Source: Myxococcota bacterium (GTDB lineage: Bacteria > Myxococcota > Myxococcia > Myxococcales > Myxococcaceae). Taken from it: a stretch of 24,069 bases of DNA. The number at the start of each line of letters is the position of its first letter. The stretch's first letter is position 1. Location of the stretch: the NCBI GenBank assembly GCA_049322255.1, contig JBMORE010000133.1, positions 62,001-86,069 of the forward strand, written 5' to 3'. Both the position numbers and the translations under genes were made by a program. Positions 17,810 through 24,069 of the stretch are shown here, in pieces. The notes beneath the pieces were generated by a model that was not told the origin of the DNA, ran no database searches, and was given only the letters and a program-made list of their open reading frames with translations.

Positions 17810-17860
17810 CGGCGCCGTTTTTTGGTAGCCCTCGGTCGTTTCACTGGGAGGAACACACCT

Positions 17861-18937
17861 ATGCAGTTCAATCGAATCGGATATCTGCTGGCCGCCGGTG
17901 GCCTGGCTGCCTTCGCGGTTGCCTGTGGAGAAGGTGGAGGTGACAACACAGGCGCATGCAGCAGCGACTCGCAGTGCCTGACCGGCGAAATCTGTCACCC
18001 CGTCGCCAAGCAGTGTGTGCAGACGTGTACCGCCGGTGCCGACTGTCCGGACAGCGCGAAAAACTGCGCACCCATTGGTGGCGCGGGCTCGTCCGACGCG
18101 GGCACGGCCCCTGACGGCGGCACCACCGGCGGCACCAAGATTTGCCAGTGCGCCACCACCCAGCTGTGCAACAGCGGCAGCGCCGGCGGCTCGCTGGTGT
18201 GCAACAACGAATCGAAGGTTTGCGAGGTGAAGTGCACCAATGACTCCGGGTGCTCGGGCGGGCGCAAGTGCGACACCGCCACCGGCGAGTGCAAGACCGC
18301 GGCGCCGGTGGGCTGCACACCTGCCTGCACGGGCAACCAGGTCTGCGACACCTCGATGAACATGTGCATGGACAGGTGCACCACCGGCAGCTGCGCCAGC
18401 GGGAAGACCTGCAACGTCTCCACCGGCGTGTGCGAGACGGCGGGAACGTGTAACGCCGCCAACGCCCAGCCCGACACCTGCGCCTACGGCCAGTACTGCA
18501 GCACGGGCACCTGCGCCGACGTGGCGCCGAAGCCGACCTGCGCCAACTTCACCTCCGGAGCGACCATGGCGACCTGGAACGCCGCCACCGACACCGGCCC
18601 GATCATCTTCAGCGTGCAGAAGATCTCTCAAGACTCTACCTGGTGCTCGGGGGGCGTCGACCCGGACAACATCCGCATCACGGTGAAGGCCTACAACAAG
18701 AACGGTACCTTCCCGGCGCAGCTTTCAGCGCTCCAGGGTTTCTTCTACGTCAAGGTCAACGGAGACACCGTCGACGCCACCACCCTGGCCCGGCCGACAT
18801 CGGGGTTCAGGCAGATGCAGGGAGGCAAGGAGGCCGAGTTCGACCTCAACTTCTGCGTGGCGACCAACATCAACAGCATCTCGATCGGCCTGAAGTTCAC
18901 GGGCGGCAACGAGGTGTGCCAGCAAGTCGCCAAGTAG
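17861..18937 (+). CDS. Cys-rich lipoprotein with EGF-like disulfide repeats (358 aa)
   Basis: True start is most likely the ATG at 17861 (GGAGGA SD), not 17741. Signal peptide MQFNRIGYLLAAGGLAAFAVA-C ends in a lipobox. Repeated C-x-x-D-x-x-C-x-x-G-x-x-C and CDTATGEC/CNVSTGVC units precede a beta-rich C-terminal domain. Confidence 0.88.
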   Translation: MQFNRIGYLLAAGGLAAFAVACGEGGGDNTGACSSDSQCLTGEICHPVAKQCVQTCTAGADCPDSAKNCAPIGGAGSSDAGTAPDGGTTGGTKICQCATTQLCNSGSAGGSLVCNNESKVCEVKCTNDSGCSGGRKCDTATGECKTAAPVGCTPACTGNQVCDTSMNMCMDRCTTGSCASGKTCNVSTGVCETAGTCNAANAQPDTCAYGQYCSTGTCADVAPKPTCANFTSGATMATWNAATDTGPIIFSVQKISQDSTWCSGGVDPDNIRITVKAYNKNGTFPAQLSALQGFFYVKVNGDTVDATTLARPTSGFRQMQGGKEAEFDLNFCVATNINSISIGLKFTGGNEVCQQVAK

Positions 18938-18960
18938 GCGAGTCCGCGGTGTAGATGGAG

Positions 18961-19004
18961 GAGGCCCTGCTCCGGTGTAGGTGGAGCGGGGCCTTCTGCC
19001 TTTT
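18961..19004 (+). terminator. Probable intrinsic terminator
   Basis: Stem GGCCCTGCTCC / GGAGCGGGGCC (one G-U pair) followed by TTCTGCCTTTT, starting about 24 nt after the lipoprotein stop codon. Confidence 0.55.
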
Positions 19005-19096
19005 GAGGGGCGAAAGTGAATTCCCTCACGGGGCCTTCGTTGGGAGAATTCGCGGCGGCGCGCAAGAACGACTTTCTAAAACCGAAAGGGCAAACG

Positions 19097-19609
19097 ATGC
19101 GACAGACGATGAAGTGGTTGGGCTTGTCGATGGCGATGGTGCTTCCGGCGATGGCGCTGGCGGGGGAGGTGATGGTGCCGATGACCAAGGGCCCCGGTGG
19201 CAAGCTGATTCTGAAATGTCCAACAGGGACCCAGCAGATGGGTGGTCCCCAATCTCCGCTCGAGGCGACGCTGTGCGTCAAGCTCGACAAGAGAGGGAAC
19301 CGCGTCTTTCACGGGCCTTACGTGGTGCAGTACGCCGACGGAAAAATTCAGTCGATGGGGCAGTACGAGAACCACTTCCGCTCGGGCCGCTGGGCGTTTT
19401 TTGACGCGGACGGGCGCAAGACTGGCGAGACCGAGTTCACCCGGGGCGACTACAACGGCCAGCGCATCGAGCTCTACCCCAACGGAATGAAGAAGCTCGA
19501 AGAGCGCTGGGTGATGGGTCGCCGCCAGGGCGAGGTGAAGAGCTGGGACGAGAAGGGCCAGCTCACCGTGGTGCAATACAAGGACGACAAGCCCATCGCC
19601 CTGCGCTGA
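19097..19609 (+). CDS. Secreted MORN-variant repeat (YwqK-like) protein
   Basis: ATG at 19097 after GAAAGGG (alternative ATG at 19109). Signal peptide ends ALA-GE. Repeats HGPYVVQYADGKIQSMGQY, SGRWAFFDADGRK, NGQRIELYPNGMKK and QGEVKSWDEKGQL. Confidence 0.8.
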   Translation: MRQTMKWLGLSMAMVLPAMALAGEVMVPMTKGPGGKLILKCPTGTQQMGGPQSPLEATLCVKLDKRGNRVFHGPYVVQYADGKIQSMGQYENHFRSGRWAFFDADGRKTGETEFTRGDYNGQRIELYPNGMKKLEERWVMGRRQGEVKSWDEKGQLTVVQYKDDKPIALR

Positions 19610-19666
19610 AAAACAGGCTGTGACGGGGCTTCCACCCCGCTTCAACGCTGAATAAAAAGAGCGTCC

Positions 19667-20788
19667 GTGAAGCCGATGCTCCAACCCGCCGAGCCGCTCC
19701 TGCCCGACCTGCCGGTGCGCACGGTGGCGCAGATGGGGCTCAAGGAGCTCGAGCGCATTCGCCTCATCTTGCGCGGGGGCTCGGTCATCGAGTGGCGGCG
19801 GCTGCACTTCCAGACACGCGAGGAGGTCGACCGCTTCTTGCGCCTGTGCCAGGTCGATCCTTCCAACCCGCACGACGAGGCGTGGGTGCGCACCATTCTC
19901 GCCGACGCGGTGGAGTACCTGCGCAAGACCTTCAACTACCGGGTGGCCGAAGCGGTCGCTGCGCCCAAGGAGGTTCACGACCTCTTTCTCTACGCCTCGG
20001 GGGCGAAGCCGCCCAAGCGCCTGCGGAAGATTGCCTGCATCGTGCTCAAGGTGATGCACGTCATTCAGCACATCGAGGGGCGCGACCTCTTGTTCAAGGT
20101 GCCGGTGTCGGAAGCCGAGCTCAGCCAGATGGTGTCGGAGAAAGTGCTGCGGGTCGCCGAGGAGATGAAGGCCAAGGGTCTGCCGATCGTCGAGTTCGCC
20201 GACTCGATCAAGACGCGCGAGTCGATCGTCACCAAGCTCTTGGCGAAGAAGGAGACGGTGGCGGCGCAGATTTACGATCGCACCCGCTTTCGCATCGTCA
20301 CTCGACACAAGGAAGACGTGCTCCCGGTGCTGTACTTTCTCACCCAGCGGCTCTTCCCCTTCAACTTTCTGGTGCCCAAGCAGACCGAGAACACGCTCCT
20401 CGCCTTCAAGGAGCTGGTGAAGGAGAACGCTCACTTCGCGCGCTACGCGGAGGACCTGCACCTCGATTTGGACTACGAAGATCGCGAGCGGCGGCGGCCG
20501 GGAAACGAGTTCTCCGGCAGCGGGTACAAGATTCTCAACTTCGTGGTCGACGTGCCCTTGAGGCTCGACGCGTACCTGCCGCCCCCCGAGCAGGATTTCC
20601 GCCCGCGCAAGGGGCGCATCGTCTTCTCGCTGGTCGAGTTCCAGATCGCCGATGAGGAGACGGCGAAGAGGAACGAGGCGGGTGAGAACTCCCACGAGCG
20701 CTACAAGGAGCGGCAGAAGAAACAGGTCTTGCGGCGCCTCTCGCGGGGGCTGGTGGTGCCCAAGCGCGCCCGAAAGTCTCCACGCTGA
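19667..20788 (+). CDS. TIGR04552-like protein with a RelA/SpoT-type nucleotidyltransferase domain
   Basis: N-terminal LILRGGSVIEW..LHF segment is recalled from this myxobacterial family. The C-terminal half has SIKTRESIVTK, YDRTRFRIV, SGYKILN, EFQI and SHERYK in the order of RelA/SpoT synthetase motifs. Confidence 0.85.
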   Translation: MKPMLQPAEPLLPDLPVRTVAQMGLKELERIRLILRGGSVIEWRRLHFQTREEVDRFLRLCQVDPSNPHDEAWVRTILADAVEYLRKTFNYRVAEAVAAPKEVHDLFLYASGAKPPKRLRKIACIVLKVMHVIQHIEGRDLLFKVPVSEAELSQMVSEKVLRVAEEMKAKGLPIVEFADSIKTRESIVTKLLAKKETVAAQIYDRTRFRIVTRHKEDVLPVLYFLTQRLFPFNFLVPKQTENTLLAFKELVKENAHFARYAEDLHLDLDYEDRERRRPGNEFSGSGYKILNFVVDVPLRLDAYLPPPEQDFRPRKGRIVFSLVEFQIADEETAKRNEAGENSHERYKERQKKQVLRRLSRGLVVPKRARKSPR

Positions 20789-20842
20789 CGGCGGGCGCCC
20801 GCTCGGCGGCTCGGGTGTTCACCCAAACGTTGCCTGGCCGTC

Positions 20843-21400
20843 ATGCCCTCGCCCTGGCCGGTGAGTACCTTTCCGAGCGTGACGACCTTGCGACGGCTTT
20901 TGGCGTACGACCAGGCGTTGCTCCTCCGGGTGCACCGCTGGCAACGTCCGTGGATCACCCGGGTGATGAGCGCGGCGACCCACCTGGCCGATCCGCAGAG
21001 CTGGGTAGTGCTTGGCGTCGCCTTGGCTGCGAGCGGCACGCCGACCGGAGAGAAGCTCGCCTTGCGCTTGGCGTGGGGCGCAGGCGGGGCGGCGCTGGTG
21101 GCGCAGCTCATCAAGCGGTTGAGCCGCCGCAGCCGGCCTGATGCAGGCATCGCCGACTTCAAGGCGCTCGCGGTCAACCCCGACGCGTATTCGTTTCCCT
21201 CGGGTCACACGGCGGCCACGGTGGCGGTGGCAGTGGCTTGGACGGGGCAGGGCAACGGGCTGGGAGGTCTTGCCGCAGCGCTCTCCGCGCTGGTCGGGTT
21301 CTCCCGTGTCTACCTGGGCGCGCATTACCCGCTCGACGTGTTCGCGGGGGCCCTCTTGGGGACGGCGTTGGGGGCGGCGGCGCGGGTGGTGGTGCCGTAG
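20843..21400 (+). CDS. PAP2-family membrane phosphatase
   Basis: All three PAP2 motifs are intact: KRLSRRSRP (KX6RP), SFPSGH and SRVYLGAHYPLD (SRX5HX3D). Several hydrophobic helices. Confidence 0.92.
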   Translation: MPSPWPVSTFPSVTTLRRLLAYDQALLLRVHRWQRPWITRVMSAATHLADPQSWVVLGVALAASGTPTGEKLALRLAWGAGGAALVAQLIKRLSRRSRPDAGIADFKALAVNPDAYSFPSGHTAATVAVAVAWTGQGNGLGGLAAALSALVGFSRVYLGAHYPLDVFAGALLGTALGAAARVVVP

Positions 21401-21411
21401 CGTCTGGCGCC

Positions 21412-23058
<1,647 letters not shown>

Positions 23059-23068
23059 GGTCGCGCGG

Positions 23069-23096
23069 TTTATAACAACGGCCGCTCGAGAGTCGA
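23069..23096 (-). promoter_or_regulatory. Candidate ffh promoter with extended -10
   Basis: Minus strand reads TCGACT-N16-TATAAA with TGn before the -10. The -10 ends 10 nt upstream of the ffh ATG. Confidence 0.4.
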
Positions 23097-23212
23097 TGGG
23101 CGAGCCGATTCGACTTTTGCGGGCGAAGCCGTTATACGCACCGCTGCGCTCTTAAAAGAAGGGCGACAGGCTGGCGATTCGCGCCTGCCTGGAACAGAAA
23201 GAAGCAAGCAAT

Positions 23213-23419
23213 ATGGCAAGTGGTACCGTGAAGTGGTTCAACGACGCGAAGGGCTTTGGGTTCATCACGCAGGACAACGGGGGCCCAGACGTCTTCTGCC
23301 ACCACACTGCGATTCAGTCGGACGGGTTTCGCACCCTCGCCGAGGGTCAGAAGGTCGAGTTCGACACCAAGAAGGGCCCCAAGGGCCTTCAGGCCGAGAA
23401 CGTTCGGGCGGTGAGCTAA
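23213..23419 (+). CDS. cspA: Cold-shock domain protein (CspA family)
   Basis: [15 protein letters not shown] (RNP1), DVFCHHTAI (RNP2 variant), [13 protein letters not shown] and KGLQAENV. The exact paralog cannot be determined. Confidence 0.95.
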   Translation: MASGTVKWFNDAKGFGFITQDNGGPDVFCHHTAIQSDGFRTLAEGQKVEFDTKKGPKGLQAENVRAVS

Positions 23420-23443
23420 AGCGCTCGCCTGCTTGGTGTGAAC

Positions 23444-23480
23444 GGGCCCGGTCTCGTGCGAGGCCGGGCCTTGTTTTTTT
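23444..23480 (+). terminator. Rho-independent terminator after csp
   Basis: GGCCCGGTCTC-GTGC-GAGGCCGGGCC hairpin followed by TTGTTTTTTT. Confidence 0.85.
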
Positions 23481-23493
23481 AAAGGAGGCCGTG

Positions 23494-23676
23494 ATGCAGG
23501 GCAGGTCGACCAAGCGCCAGAGAGAAAAGGAGCGCCAGGAGTACCAAAAGGAAAAAGAGGCCAAGCGCGCCGAGCGCAAACGCCTCAAGTCGGATCGGCC
23601 CCCTCGCATGCCCGGTGACCCCGACCCCGACATCGCCGACATCGTGCCCGGCCCTCAGCCACCGTTGTTCGAGTAG
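23494..23676 (+). CDS. Small basic csp-associated protein (60 aa)
   Basis: Strong SD AAAGGAGG at 23481-23488 before GTG/ATG (23491/23494). Translation: MQGRSTKRQREKERQEYQKEKEAKRAERKRLKSDRPPRMPGDPDPDIADIVPGPQPPLFE. It appears in the ORF track only as the tail of the spurious ORF 22531..23676. Confidence 0.8.
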   Translation: MQGRSTKRQREKERQEYQKEKEAKRAERKRLKSDRPPRMPGDPDPDIADIVPGPQPPLFE

Positions 23677-23681
23677 ATCGC

Positions 23682-23764
23682 GCACGAGTGGCGAAACAGG
23701 TAGACGCAGCGGACTTAAAATCCGCAGGCCCAAAGCCATCCGGGTTCGAATCCCGGCTCGTGCA
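23682..23764 (+). tRNA. tRNA-Leu(TAA); CCA not encoded
   Basis: Acceptor stem GCACGAG/CTCGTGC plus discriminator A, D arm TGGCGAAACAGGTAGACGC, anticodon arm GCGGA-CTTAAAA-TCCGC, long variable arm and T arm CCGGG-TTCGAAT-CCCGG. Confidence 0.97.
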
Positions 23765-23823
23765 AGTGCCGTCGACTTGACTCGAGACTTCGAAAAGCCG
23801 TATTCGCGGCCCCGGAGCTGCCC

Positions 23824-24069
23824 ATGCGCCTCGGTTCGGTCTTGCTCGTTCTCTTTCTTTCCGCCTGTGGCGGTTTCCCTCGGCAGTTCGAATACGAGTC
23901 GTACTCTCCCTCAGAGGGTGGAGGAGGCGGCGGACTCGATGCCGCGGTGGAGGTCGACTCTGGTACTCCCGGCGATGATGGGGGAGGAGGCGGTGGCGGT
24001 GGTGGTGGTGGAGGCGGAGGTGGTGGTGGGGGAGGCGGAGGCGGAGGCGGAGGCGGAGGGCAGGACGCC
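23824..24069 (+). CDS. Putative lipoprotein with poly-Gly linker; 3'-truncated by the window edge
   Basis: GGAG SD, signal peptide MRLGSVLLVLFLSA-C (lipobox LSAC), then GGFPRQFEYESYSPSE...DAAVEVDSG and a Gly run. Open to the window end. Confidence 0.75.
   Translation, partial: MRLGSVLLVLFLSACGGFPRQFEYESYSPSEGGGGGGLDAAVEVDSGTPGDDGGGGGGGGGGGGGGGGGGGGGGGGGGGQDA
23980..24060 (+). repeat. GGN trinucleotide low-complexity tract encoding 27 consecutive Gly
   Basis: Counted directly in the frame of the 23824 ORF. Includes (GGT)n and (GGAGGC)n sub-runs. Confidence 0.9.

Noticed and set aside
17741..17860. N-terminal extension of the lipoprotein from TTG 17741
   Set aside because: The SD, signal peptide and promoter-like elements all point to the ATG at 17861.
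19097..20788. Classical antitoxin-toxSAS pair (YwqK-like plus RelA/SpoT-like)
   Set aside because: The upstream protein has a signal peptide while the synthetase-like protein looks cytoplasmic, so direct neutralisation is unlikely.
23059..23212. SRP RNA (ffs) next to ffh
   Set aside because: Only a short hairpin near 23167-23191. The conserved domain IV motif (CAGG...GGAA...AGCAG in a long hairpin) is not present.
23682..24069. Integrative element at tRNA-Leu
   Set aside because: No integrase or duplicated tRNA 3' end within the window; cannot be excluded beyond it.

Overview
GC-rich myxobacterial (Myxococcales-type) chromosomal segment. The first ~17.6 kb is the distal part of the G1 adventurous-gliding (Glt/Agm) cluster. 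It holds the 3' end of a divergent GltG/PglI-like TonB-C protein, the outer-membrane beta-barrel GltH (CglE/AgmV), an uncharacterised alpha-solenoid protein, the 4093-aa TPR protein GltI (AgmK) and GltJ (AgmX). Downstream are a Cys-rich lipoprotein, a secreted MORN/YwqK-like protein, a TIGR04552-like protein with a variant set of RelA/SpoT synthetase motifs and a PAP2 phosphatase. The window ends with ffh (minus strand), a cold-shock protein, a hidden 60-aa basic ORF, tRNA-Leu(TAA) and the start of a poly-Gly lipoprotein. No integrase, transposase or CRISPR array was seen. Best leads: the divergent alarmone-synthetase-like enzyme next to a phosphatase, the csp-terminator-small ORF-tRNA unit, a REP doublet that supplies the stop codon of the GltG-like gene, and a degenerate M48-peptidase-like C-terminus on GltI. 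All family assignments come from motif recognition and recalled synteny; no database searches were run.
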